From Lingula anatina (Eukaryota > Animalia > Brachiopoda): a DNA stretch of 64,000 nt. Of the stretch, positions 39,727 through 50,747 are shown piece by piece (the stretch's first letter is position 1; each line of letters begins with the position of its first letter). Location: contig CM120641.1 of the NCBI GenBank assembly GCA_051362555.1, forward strand, positions 39,376,401 through 39,440,400. The letters run 5' to 3'. A model generated the notes under the pieces. The model made no database searches and was not told the DNA's origin. It was given only the letters and a program-made list of their open reading frames with translations. A program made the translations under genes and the position numbers.

Positions 39727-40871
39727 ACAGACCTAGAAATTGAAAGTTTTTTCAAAGACAGACAGTTTTTTATTAAATAGCACAGGCCTTAACCCCCAGT
39801 CAATGAATGACCATTTTGATGCACTATAAGTATTTCATTTCATTTTTGTTGGAAAAATTTAGATACTCTTGTCCCCTCTCCCCCTAGACTGCCACTGATA
39901 TAGAGGATCTAGGAAAATCGAAGAGAGGTCCCCTCTTGGCTAATTAATTAAGGTGGCTGTCTTACACAATATGTAAGTACTGCACTAACATCTCATCGAG
40001 GGGAAACAAGACTTCCAGAAGTGGCGAGGTGAACCAATTTCTAGAACCTTAACCATTGGGAGAGTAGGAAAAGAAAACACACAGTTCAGGATTTATTCAC
40101 ATTAGAAATTACTGTTGAAATAGCTGTGATACTATGATAGAAAAGGATTTTACAAATGGGTATGTCAATATTAAGGATAATTTGTAAATTTACTTTCTAC
40201 ACAGCTACAGGTGCAGTGGTCAGCCATCTGTACATGACACTTATGCTGTTTAGTAAGGCTAAGTATGATTGCCTTTTTCTTTAGCCTATGACTAACAGAT
40301 TGCTGACAATTTACCTCCCAGAATTGTAATTGCATATATTTCATGACACATGTAATTATTTTTCACATGCATAAAATATCATCTGAAAAACATGATAACA
40401 TTAACTTTTCTGTTTTCTTTTTCATTCTTGATTTCATGTTTTTTTTAATGAATGGCACAGAGTCAGAGTGGTACCTGTAACCATAAAGAAACCTGAGGAA
40501 TGTTTGCAACTGTGCTGATGTTTGCAAGTGAACAGAGTTTTCATGTTTATCAAAACTAACATAATCAATAAGCTTTGTAATAAAATGGAACTTGAGGAGG
40601 TGAGAAGTAAGGCGAGAACTGATAGTATATACATTTCAAGATAAAAAAAATTAAATACCACCTGAATGTTACTTTCATCTTTCACTTTCAGGCTAGTAAT
40701 ATGAGCATTTAAAAGTAAAAGGCAATGCAACAGGCTGATTATTTGTCATAAACTCCCACTGACACTGCCTTAATACACTTATTTGACATTTCACAAAACC
40801 ACCAAATATGAACATGTTTAACCGCAGATACACTGTGTACAAGTAATCAATATGACGAACTGCGTATATAC

Positions 40872-41286
40872 CCGTCAATAAACTGTACAGCGTCTGCAGG
40901 TGGGCTTTATCCTTGTAATAACTCCTTGACAGCGAGTTCCAAACCACGTCTGACACTCTTTTGATTAGCTGCCTTGTTGTTTTCCCCGCTGGGAATTGTG
41001 TCAAGTCTACTGATCCCCGTATCAAGCTCTCAAACCTACAGTACAGAGCTTCAACCGTCTGCAGATCAATGATAGGGAAGATCGGCTCCAAAGTTTTTGA
41101 CAGATCAACGTTCTGTGGGAGTGCCCTGTTGACTGTCAGCGTATGTTCTATACTTCCAATAATAATAGACAACAGTGCCAAGTTAGGCTCATCTGTACAA
41201 TGTAACTGGTCTCTGAATAACCTTACAACTGACTCGATACTTTGCAACGGAAAATGTTGTTTATCTCGATCGCGGAAGCCCGCCAT
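40872..41286 (-). CDS. MEN1: Menin coding exon 1
   Basis: MAGFRDRDKQHFPLQSIESVVRLF...EPNLALLSIIIG...IKRVSDVVWNSLSRSYYKDKAHLQTLYS; start in CAAGATGGCG context; G|GTATAT donor. The six exons join to 2196 nt (731 aa plus stop). Confidence 0.97.
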
Positions 41287-41532
41287 CTTGAAATTGAACA
41301 TGTGTGACGTATAAACTCTCGATGACAAACTCTTAGTCATTTTCGTAAATTACTCAGCTTTTTCATTAATTAATATCTTTTAAAAATACAACAATTTTAT
41401 TCGTGCTGTTGTAATTGCATACACAATTAAATGAAAACTTAAAAAACGGGGTACAAACTATTTTTCTTTCGCCAAAAAGCACTTTGTACAATGTGCTTCC
41501 GCTTTCACTCATATCGAGGCTAAATCTTCAAC
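41287..41532. promoter_or_regulatory. Bidirectional promoter region shared by MEN1 and CLPTM1
   Basis: 246 bp between divergent ATGs; local CpG retention against CpG-poor gene bodies; YY1-like AAGATGGCG / AACATGGCT over both starts; ETS-like CTTCCG at ~41496. Confidence 0.75.
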
Positions 41533-41634
41533 ATGGCTGAGAAAGAAGTGAGTGCCGCTGAAGGTGCGAGTAATAATTCCTCAAATACTGAAGTTGCTGC
41601 TACAGATGGCGGGGAAAACAGCCAAGAGACACAG
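41533..41634 (+). CDS. CLPTM1: CLPTM1 exon 1
   Basis: CAACATGG start, MAEKEVSAAEG...QETQ, CAG|GTACTC donor, phase 0. Confidence 0.85.
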
Positions 41635-42196
41635 GTACTCAAACGGTGTACTCTTATGATTGTTCAGAATTTATACATGTGCGTCATAGATTGTTAAATA
41701 TTAAAGGCTTACCTTCAAAATCTGATTACTTTTGCCCATCCTGAATGTCATTGTCATGCTTTGGGTTGATGGCAAAGGAACTGTACTCTAAATGAGACTT
41801 GAGATGTGACATGAATTGTTTTGATTTTATGAATTATACAAAAATAGCCAAGGCATTGGGTTGGGTACTGAACTATGAACACCATCCACACTGTAAATTC
41901 AACTTATTTTTTAAAGAATAATAATCAACCAGGCTGTAGCACTCCAAGTAATGTTACATCAAAAATCAGCAAGTGATATGCAAAACTATTTTATTTTAAT
42001 AACATGGACATTGATCAAAGTCACTGCATATCTGAATTTAGAAAGAGAAATGAGATATCAGACTTACAAGTAGAAGTGTTTTTGTTTCTTTTATACCCAA
42101 GGTCATTTATATGTTCTGGTGTTAGATTGAATTCTAAGAAATGCCCTTTCTCATGCTGAACAAATCAATATTTTCACTCTTCAATCTGTTTTCCAG

Positions 42197-42394
42197 GCAG
42201 CACCCCAGCAACCCCAGGCAAATGGCTGGAGCATGGTGAAAGGGTTTTTCTTCCGCTGTCTCGTCATTTATTTCATAAGCAGTCTTTTCCGTAGAGGTCA
42301 GCAACCACAAATGACCACCACTCCTGATGGAAAGTCAGTCCCAATGCCTACCAAACTTGTGGCACATAATATCTTTGAAAAAGGACAAATGATG
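42197..42394 (+). CDS. CLPTM1: CLPTM1 exon 2
   Basis: WSMVKGFFFRCLVIYFISSLFRRG (TM1)...NIFEKGQMM; CAG/GT bounded. Confidence 0.93.
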
Positions 42395-42694
42395 GTAAAG
42401 TATTGGGATTTTTTTTTCTGATGAGAATGAAAAATAAAGGGGACAGATAAAGACCAATTAAGTCATTGAAAGTACTTTTTTAATGTAATACATATATTTA
42501 ATGTTTAGAAAAAAAAAATGAAATATTGTCAATCTTTTGGAAGCCATATTTTATCTTTGGTATTTGGTATTTAATTCTAAATGTAAGGAAAAAATGCAAG
42601 TAAGTGTTTTATTGATAATTATTGTTGTTAAATTCATCTAAATCTTGAAAGGTTTCCAAGCCTATAACTTTCTACCTGGTCTTTTTATTTACAG

Positions 42695-42853
42695 GATATG
42701 TATGTGTATTTATCTGAGGATGAAACATTCAAAGATTTTGGTAATCCAAAAGCTTTGTTTTGGTTGGAAGAAGATTTGGAGTATGGAGATTGGACTTCTG
42801 GGGAAAACAAAGATGGAACTTACACAAAGGAAGCAAGAATTAAAACACCAGAA
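42695..42853 (+). CDS. CLPTM1: CLPTM1 exon 3
   Basis: DMYVYLSE...LFW...LEYGDWTSGENKDG; AG/GT bounded. Confidence 0.95.
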
Positions 42854-43096
42854 GTAAGAGTAATGGATATTCACTATATTAAGTGAGAGTAAATGCCCTG
42901 TTACACATTAAATTTATTATTATCAGCATCTTTCACACCACCTCCAAAATCTGCATGCCAAAAGAACAGCCAAATTCACTCTCCATGCAGCAGAAAAAAG
43001 CTTTAAAAGTGCATGTTCTTCAAATTACTAAGGTCTGTCATTTATATTAATTTAAATTCATTTATATTTCATTGATATCATTGTTTTGAATTTCAG

Positions 43097-43214
43097 AGGG
43101 TAATGAATAATGGTTCTTTATATCTCCATACTTATTTTGTGAAAAGAGGGAACTCACCCAACCCAAAAGATAAGGATACATATGATAAATGGTCCACTAT
43201 TTATAAAAAGAAAA
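43097..43214 (+). CDS. CLPTM1: CLPTM1 exon 4
   Basis: RVMNNGSLYLHTYFVKRGNSPNP...; CAG acceptor, GTAAGT donor. Confidence 0.95.
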
Positions 43215-43513
43215 GTAAGTCATTTTAAAATTGATTTTGAATAATCAAGTATGAAAAAAATTTGTTACCTTACAATACATTAAATCCTGTTTTTATTATA
43301 TTATTCTTGATTTAACAAAAAAATTATTATATATATCTCAAATGTGATGCAAATTTAAGGTTGATTAAGGTTTAAGGTTGATTAATTTTTTACATAAGAA
43401 TGTAAGATTTAGATAAGTATAGTGTATTGTCATTATTGAGTTTTATATAAGATTTAAAAAATGTATTTTTATCATTTGATAAACATATATGCCAATGTAT
43501 TATGTAACTTCAG

Positions 43514-43599
43514 TGCTGAATAAGTACAAGAAAAGAAAATTCCATTCACTGACAAATTTGCTGACAGGACAAACAGAAGCACACCCAGATCTCATCCAG
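43514..43599 (+). CDS. CLPTM1: CLPTM1 exon 5
   Basis: LNKYKKRKFHSLTNLLTGQTEAHPDLIQ; AG/GT bounded. Confidence 0.95.
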
Positions 43600-43873
43600 G
43601 TAGGTTAAATGACAGAAAACAATGCTATTATTTTATTTTAATGAAGTTAACACTCATTTACTTAAGTGTGTCTGGATTTGTCCATTTATTTATTTAAGAA
43701 TGTTGTACAATTACAGTTTGTTGACTGTCAGAATTGTAATAAATGTAATATAAGGGGATAGGAGTGCAAACATAGTGCCCCTGCCCTCCTTTTCACGCTT
43801 GTCACAGGAAGAAGTGATAATGGAGACATAGCTGATGTCAATTATTGTGAAGTGGTTAATTATATGATTTCAG

Positions 43874-43991
43874 AAAGAGAATGGTAGCAGCTTTGAGATT
43901 TTGTCTCACTGGCATCCCAACCTCACCATTAACTTACTGGAGGATTACACCCCCTGGACAGCAGGGGCAGTACCACAGCCACTGGATGAAT
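43874..43991 (+). CDS. CLPTM1: CLPTM1 exon 6
   Basis: EILSHWHPNLTINLLEDYTPWTAGAVPQPLDE; GTAAGT donor. Confidence 0.95.
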
Positions 43992-44235
43992 GTAAGTATT
44001 ATGTTATTATAGTGACACACTGTCTTATCATTATAATACAATGATGACCACACCCCCTGGACAGCAGGGGCAGTACCACAGTAACTGGATGAATGTAAGT
44101 ATTATATTATTATAATGACACGTTGTCTTATCATTATAACACAATGATGACCACACCCCCTGGACAGCATGGGCAGTACAATGACCATTGGATGAAATTG
44201 TATTATCATAACAATTATAGTACAGTGATGACCAT
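43947..44235 (+). repeat. 103-bp tandem repeat (about 3 copies) spanning the CLPTM1 exon 6/intron 6 junction
   Basis: ACACCCCCTGGACAGCA begins at 43947, 44050 and 44153. Confidence 0.95.
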
Positions 44236-44469
44236 AGCATTAGTACACAACAGACTTAATCTTCAACTAAGTGACAATTGTGCTGTTTATTTAAATAAAA
44301 TGAATATTGAATCCCAACTATTATTATGGAAGTTCAAACCACGATGATATGCTTATATTTATGAGAAAATGGCTAAACAAGTTTCAATGGATTTTCCTTG
44401 TTCTTCTTATGTGAGCAATGAAGAATAAAATCATGCAGAAGTATCACTGGTATAATGATTTAATTACAG

Positions 44470-44720
44470 TCGTAGAATTCCTTCCTGATGGTTCTAAATA
44501 CTTGCCAATCCTGTACTACAATGATTACTGGAACTTGAACAGTGACTACCAGCCTATCAACGACACAGTGAAGTACCTGAACATCAGTCTCACCTACAGC
44601 CCTATCACTCTGTTCAAGTGGCAGCTGTATGCAGCACAGGGCATGAGGAATAAGTGGTACAGCAGTATCCTGGGAGATGACATGGTGGGAGAGTCGGACG
44701 AGGAGCAAGACTCACTCAAG
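44470..44720 (+). CDS. CLPTM1: CLPTM1 exon 7
   Basis: YLPILYYNDYWNLNSDYQPINDT...LFKWQLYAAQ...ESDEEQDSLK; these motifs fit CLPTM1 rather than CLPTM1L. Confidence 0.96.
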
Positions 44721-45030
44721 GTGAATGACAGATAATTTATTGAGGTTGGATATTTTAACACTAAAAGGAGAACCATGTTACTTATTGCTTCTTAGGACTC
44801 GTACTACCTAGAATTAAAAAAAACAGCCTGATTCAGAATAGCTTATCTTTTGCAAAGTATTTTTGTGAATTTTTCATTTTCCACATATTGGCAATTTTTT
44901 GTGTATTTTTTATTTGAGGGGGGGTGGGGGGGGATTTATCATTCAAAATGTTATACTATATATGTTGCTCTTAAACAATCCATGATTATATATTGTCTTA
45001 GAAATTGAATGTCATTTTTTGTCTCTTCAG

Positions 45031-45124
45031 CGGACTTTCGTTGAGACAAACCCATACCTTTTAGCGCTGACATTTATAGTGTCCATTGTCCACAGTGTGT
45101 TTGAATTCTTGGCCTTCAAAAATG
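45031..45124 (+). CDS. CLPTM1: CLPTM1 exon 8
   Basis: RTFVETNPYLLALTFIVSIVHSVFEFLAFKN; AG/GT bounded. Confidence 0.96.
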
Positions 45125-45345
45125 GTAATCTTAAAAATCCACTGATGTCTTAGTGCTCTCTTAACTAATTTCTCACTACATGATTTCTGACCAGATATAG
45201 TAGTTACGAAAAATGTCTTTTCTTCAGCTATTTACAAACATATATTTTTACAAAGTTAGCACATAAAACTACAGTGATAAGAAATCCACAAATTCTTTTA
45301 AATATTCTCAACTCATTCATTATTTAAATTTTTATTCTTTTCTAG

Positions 45346-45536
45346 ATATTCAGTTTTGGAAGAACAGAAAATCCTTGGAAGGACTCTCTGTGCGTTCAGT
45401 GTTCTTCAACGTCTTTCAGTCACTGATAGTGGTTTTGTATGTACTTGATAATGAAACCAACACAGTAGTCAGGATCAGTGTATTCATTGGGCTGCTTATA
45501 GAGGTGTGGAAAATACACAAGGTCATGGACATCAAG
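45346..45536 (+). CDS. CLPTM1: CLPTM1 exon 9
   Basis: DIQFWKNRKSLEGLSVRSVFFNVFQS...LDNETN...IEVWKIHKVMDIK. Confidence 0.96.
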
Positions 45537-45787
45537 GTAACCCAATATTGAGATTTTACATAAAATGGCTTTTTTGACAATGAGATATTAGCAATTATAA
45601 TTTAACCACCATGAGAATGATTTGAATTTACCTGAAGTAGAAGATATTTTTGGCTCATGATGTACACTATGAACAGTTTACAAATGTAATGTAAACAGAA
45701 TTGTTGGGATAGGTATCATTTGCTAGCACTTTGGTAAGAAATTGTCCCCTCTTTATTGCTTCAACAAAATGACTTTTATTTTTACAG

Positions 45788-45883
45788 ACAGACCAAGAGA
45801 ACAGAGTATTTGGCATCTTTCCTCGAATCTCCCTCCAAGACAAATCGTCCTATACAGAGTCCCACACAAAAGAGTATGATCAG
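45788..45883 (+). CDS. CLPTM1: CLPTM1 exon 10
   Basis: ENRVFGIFPRISLQDKSSYTESHTKEYDQ; CAG|GTAAGT donor. Confidence 0.95.
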
Positions 45884-45936
45884 GTAAGTGAAATTTGCAT
45901 GAAAGTTAATGAAAAGCAATACATGCAGCACCCCAT

Positions 45937-46144
45937 TAGGTTGTCCCAAAAATGTGCTCACTCATAAATTGTCCATTACTCTTCTATTTTATTTTGATTA
46001 ACAATCCGATGAGTTAAAATATCATTAGAATAATAACATAATAACATGGCATAAAAGAAAATAAATGTTTTCAGAAAACAAACAAGCAAGCAAAAACATT
46101 AGTAATGGCCAGTCAAAGAATGAGTACATTTTTGGGACACTCTG
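45937..46144. mobile_element. Tc1/mariner-like MITE in CLPTM1 intron 10
   Basis: TGTCCCAAAAATGTGCTCA / TGAGTACATTTTTGGGACACTCTG|TA inverted ends; left tip degenerate. Confidence 0.7.
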
Positions 46145-46470
46145 TAGTTAAGAAATAAGACATTATATATAAGGTAGATAGTTTAATTCATCTTTAAACG
46201 TTTTAAACTTAAAAGTTTGAATTCCTGGCACTTTTCAAAAAGCCAGTTCTAGGAATACAAGTTAAAACTCGTGGGAAACAGACCTCTGTATCCCCACATG
46301 AAATAGTCAACCCATGTAGAATGAAACAACCTGTGCCAACTATTGTCATTTTTCTTATGGATGAATATAGGGGATTAATTGATGATTCATATTTAACATC
46401 CTTATGAATTTGCTGATTTTAGGCTCTGAATATGTGTATATGTAATTATAATTATTATTATGAATTATAG

Positions 46471-46606
46471 ATGGCGTTCAAGTACTTGTCCTGGGCTCTG
46501 TATCCCCTGCTAGGAGGGTATGCTGTGTATTCTCTCATATATGTGGAACAGAAGGGGTGGTACTCCTGGGTGCTCAGTATGTTGTATGGATTCTTACTCA
46601 CATTTG
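46471..46606 (+). CDS. CLPTM1: CLPTM1 exon 11
   Basis: MAFKYLSWALYPLLGGYAVYSLIYVEQKGWYSWVLSMLYGFLLTF. Confidence 0.97.
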
Positions 46607-46848
46607 GTAAGTTAACAGCTGTCATTGTTTTATTTGCATTGCAAGACCACTGTAAAGTATGTGACAATTATTGCAAGATTCTGAAGGGAAAAGTCATTTG
46701 AGTTTTGTATTCTCTTCTTTTATGGATAAAAAAAATTAATAAATGGTAATGGATTAATGATAAGACCCATAAAATTTTGTTTACAATTTGAGGCACATAC
46801 AATGTGATTAGAGATTGAACATAATCATATCTGGTTTTGTTTTTACAG

Positions 46849-47016
46849 GTTTCATTATGATGACTCCCCAGTTATTCATCAACTACAAGTTGAAGTCTGT
46901 TGCTCACCTGCCATGGAGAATGTTGACCTACAAGTTCCTCAATACTTTTATTGATGACATCTTTGCATTTGTCATTAAGATGCCAACCTTGTATCGTATA
47001 GGATGTTTTAGAGATG
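46849..47016 (+). CDS. CLPTM1: CLPTM1 exon 12
   Basis: GFIMMTPQLFINYKLKSVAHLPWRMLTYKFLNTFIDDIFAFVIKMPTLYRIGCFRD. Confidence 0.97.
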
Positions 47017-47232
47017 GTTAGTGTTTTTCCTTAAAATAGCTATGAACAAGCCTGCTCTTGGTTGTAAAAATGTCATATTAAAAATTATTTGAATATTTTT
47101 AGATAAGAAATATAATATACAATTGATAAATGTTATCTAAAAATAATTTTGCAAATGTGGTCTTGAAGTTTTTAGTTTAGGAAGAAAACATATAAGAGTG
47201 TTTGTTATATCTATCAAATTAAAATATTTCAG

Positions 47233-47414
47233 ATATAGTCTTCTTGATATTTATCTACCAAAGATGGATCTATAGAGTTGATCCATCCAGAGTGAATGAG
47301 TTTGGGACTTCTGGAGAAATGGAGGAGACTGGTGCAATAGGAGCTAATGGTGATGCTCTACCAGCTGTAGAAGATGGAGAGCCTAAGGCCAAGGAGGACA
47401 AAAAAAGAGATTAG
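47233..47414 (+). CDS. CLPTM1: CLPTM1 exon 13 (terminal)
   Basis: DIVFLIFIYQRWIYRVDPSRVNEFG...EDKKRD*. The 13 exons join to 1899 nt (632 aa plus stop). Confidence 0.96.
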
Positions 47415-49754
47415 GATGAACAGTTCACCAGACCGGATGTGAAAATGCTGTCAAGTTGTGGTGCTGAATTACATCTTTGCCTGAAGTTGTATGCCACTGG
47501 ACTGTTCTCACTTGATGTATTCTGAATAGGTTCTCATTGACCATAGGTTCACGTCCTTAATGTAGTGAATGTTGTACTAACAGATATGATAATGAAAATG
47601 AAAAAAAAAAACCTTGACTGCTTTTTGTGGAGAATTCATTGATCTGGTGAAGAATTGCCACAGTGACCCAAAATTTCAGACAGTGATGGCATATATGTCA
47701 ATAAATCACCAGGGTTCCTCTTTTGGCTGTGGTGTTCAGTATGCAAAATGCATAAACATCATCTTTTACAAAACCACCAAAGACAATACTTTTCTCTATT
47801 AATATACCTTTAAAAACAATGTTGAGATCTGTAAAATGAAGATTCATCTTTTTTTTTTTTTCTAAGATGAAGTGCAAATTAGTAAGCAGTCTTCAACAAT
47901 TTTTATAATTAATTGGTTCTTGATATATATCATGGTATGTAATTTTAGGTAGTCTCTGTGGACAATAAATGATAAAAATACAATTTCAAGTAAAATGTAC
48001 TGAAAAACGAATGGTGAAAGTGTCTTATCAGAAAGTAACTAGATTTAAAGAAGCATGTCTCTGGGTCTATTTGAGATCTTTCAATGTAAGGCCAGTGGGA
48101 AGGAACTTATAGAGGGATAAAAAAAACCCCGAGGCTTTCCCTCAATTCCCATTATTACCGTATTACGGGTTTTATGTCCTCCATACATTTGCCCCCATTC
48201 TCTGTAAGCCTAAAAATACATTGAATTTTGGCCAGAAAAGTACCCTTAGTTCTGGTCCTTGTCTTTTTTTAGATGAGTGTTAAACAGAGTCCATGCCCAT
48301 TTATTTATCTGCAAAGTTCTTTTGGGCTAGACTTTAATCTTTATCCTGTTAATTGTATTGCAATTTTGACAATGTGAAACAATATCAAATCTATAGCGAG
48401 TAAAAAATTCCATTTGATGGACTAACAACACCACAATCTGCCTCCACTGGGTCAATTACTCAATTCTCTACTGAAGATTGGTGGTGCCAAATTCAGATTA
48501 TTTTTTAAATTGAATGCTTGGTTTATTTTACACATACCTGGGGCACGACATCAGTGTTTAAAATAATTTTTCTTCAAAAATTAAGATTGGCTTTCACCGT
48601 TTGTTAATAATGTAAATGCTATAACTCATGATCAACCTTACAGATCAAGTGTGGATTTAATAACATTTACAAGTATCGTTGGCTGAAAATCTTGCAATGT
48701 GAAGAGCATTGTTCTGCATAAAATGGAGGATAACGGTGGCCAGGTGGAATGTTGTGGGGAAGGGTTAGGTCTAGTTTAAATCCACTTTAATGTCAGTGTG
48801 TGCAGGCGTGTGTGAAAGTCACTATGCAACACTTTCTTTTAGCATGATTTTGTATGTACTGGAGTTGTGTATTGCATTGTGCATATTGAACAAAAGCTTC
48901 AGTCTGCATGATTCTCCTGCAGGTTGCCTTCATTTGACTTTTACACGAAACACTGATTGGATAAAAAATGGGATGAAGAGGAAAATGAACCAATCATTAC
49001 CTAGGCTTAAATGACTCTCGTGTTGAACTTATGTACAGTCATGTGATGTTGAGAACCACCAAATTTGTAAATTTTCGTGTTTATTTTATTCCGATGTGAC
49101 CATATGATAAGTTGGAGGTATGTAAAATAAAAATTTAAAAATCTGGTGGTGGGGGGGGCAACTTTATTATTATTTTTTCTATTTTAGCCATTTTGAGGTT
49201 GGTGGACTTTGAAAGACAAGTCATCAAAATTTTCTGCCTATTGACAAATAAAAAAGTCTTTAGGATCATGCATCATAGGAGAGATCAAATATGGTGAAAT
49301 TAGACTCTTGGCTTTTTTTTCATTTATTTTCATTCAGTATAAAAAGAAAAACAATCATAGAAACTATGCCAATATTAAAACCTAGAGAAATATATCATGA
49401 ACTGTTTGCATGTTTTATATTGCATGATAATTCTGTTAGTGATCACATGATGGCTCTATCCCACACCAGCTGTTACTGATGTGAACACTTAAACATACAG
49501 CAAAAAGTAATATTTCACTTCCAAAGAATTGTGAATAAAAAAAAAAAAAAACTATGACAGTATCCATTAGTTAAAAACAAAACTAAAAGTTGGATAAAGT
49601 AGCACAAAAAGCAGAATGTTTTACAAAATATCTGTTTAAAAGAGCTCTTTTATGTAGTTGTGTGAAAATTAGTGTTTTGAAATGATGTGTCAAAATTTCT
49701 GTGTAACACCTTAAAAATATCTCACACTTTGAAAAATTTACCCCAGCCTGTCTG

Positions 49755-50747
49755 TTACAATTCAGTGGCAGACTCTTTGTAATAATGTTCATCTCTCTTC
49801 CACATACTTAGTCCATCAAGTCTGCCCAAAGATGTGGGAGAAGTGAATTTTAACCTGTGATCAGCAATGTCCTCTTCAGAAAGTGAAGAATTACTGCTTT
49901 GGTAGTCTATATTTTTCCCATCCAACTTTTCATCGAGTGCCCTCAGTGAGATCTCCAACTCTGAGCTGTAGCACTGTGTGCCTGTGGTGCTACTGGAAAC
50001 CGTTTCCATCTCATGTAAAGATGGCATGCTTTTGGAGCGAGGTGCAGGAGTGTAACGAGCCTGTCTGAAGGAAAGGGGGCTATCACTGCTTGGTTTTGCA
50101 GAGAAGACCCCATGCTCATTTAGGGTTGCATAGGAGTCGTAAAGAGTAACGCCTTGCTCAGTGTCCGTCACTGTAACACGTGGAATGGAACTCACAGAGG
50201 GAGCATTTCTCATTTCCTCTGCCTCAGTTCTTTGCTTAGCTTGTGTGCAATAGTGAACCACTACGGCAACATTGACAACTACTAAAACTATTCCAAGTGT
50301 TGCTAATACAGCAATAAGTATTTCCATCCAACTGAACTGAATTTTATGAAACTCTTCGTAAAACCCTCCACTGCTGTTTTGCTGCGAACTGGCAACTGTT
50401 GCTGAGGTCCTTTCATTACGTCTCTCTATCAGATTTGTCTTTTCTAGATGGGGATTGAAATCAAAGAAATGACTTAAATCATGGTATTCAAAATCTTCCT
50501 TTTCTGTCTCAGAATCCTCTAATTGTAATTTCTTGGAATCATAACCTCCAGGCATTAAACCAAGTTTTTCATTCTTTAAAGTGTCTTCCTTTGGGTGAAC
50601 TTCTGCTGCTTTTTCATCATTAAAGGTGCCAGTCAGTATTGGTGTTGTTACATTATGTATAAAGGGTCCTGAAGTGGTTGCAGCATGGCACCATTTCACT
50701 GCAAGCAGCACCAATATTAACATTATAGTGACATATGACTGAGACAT
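49755..50747 (-). CDS. Orphan single-pass type I membrane protein, 330 aa
   Basis: 993-nt ORF in AT-rich DNA; signal peptide (YVTIMLILVLLAVKWCHA), one TM helix (ILIAVLATLGIVLVVVNVAVVVHY), Ser/Tyr-rich tail ending in ATEL. No family recognised. Confidence 0.8.
   Translation of the reverse strand: MSQSYVTIMLILVLLAVKWCHAATTSGPFIHNVTTPILTGTFNDEKAAEVHPKEDTLKNEKLGLMPGGYDSKKLQLEDSETEKEDFEYHDLSHFFDFNPHLEKTNLIERRNERTSATVASSQQNSSGGFYEEFHKIQFSWMEILIAVLATLGIVLVVVNVAVVVHYCTQAKQRTEAEEMRNAPSVSSIPRVTVTDTEQGVTLYDSYATLNEHGVFSAKPSSDSPLSFRQARYTPAPRSKSMPSLHEMETVSSSTTGTQCYSSELEISLRALDEKLDGKNIDYQSSNSSLSEEDIADHRLKFTSPTSLGRLDGLSMWKRDEHYYKESATEL

Noticed and set aside
41287-41340. Upstream in-frame ATGs extending menin by up to 18 aa
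   Set aside because: Menin similarity starts at MAGFR, which also has the strongest start context.
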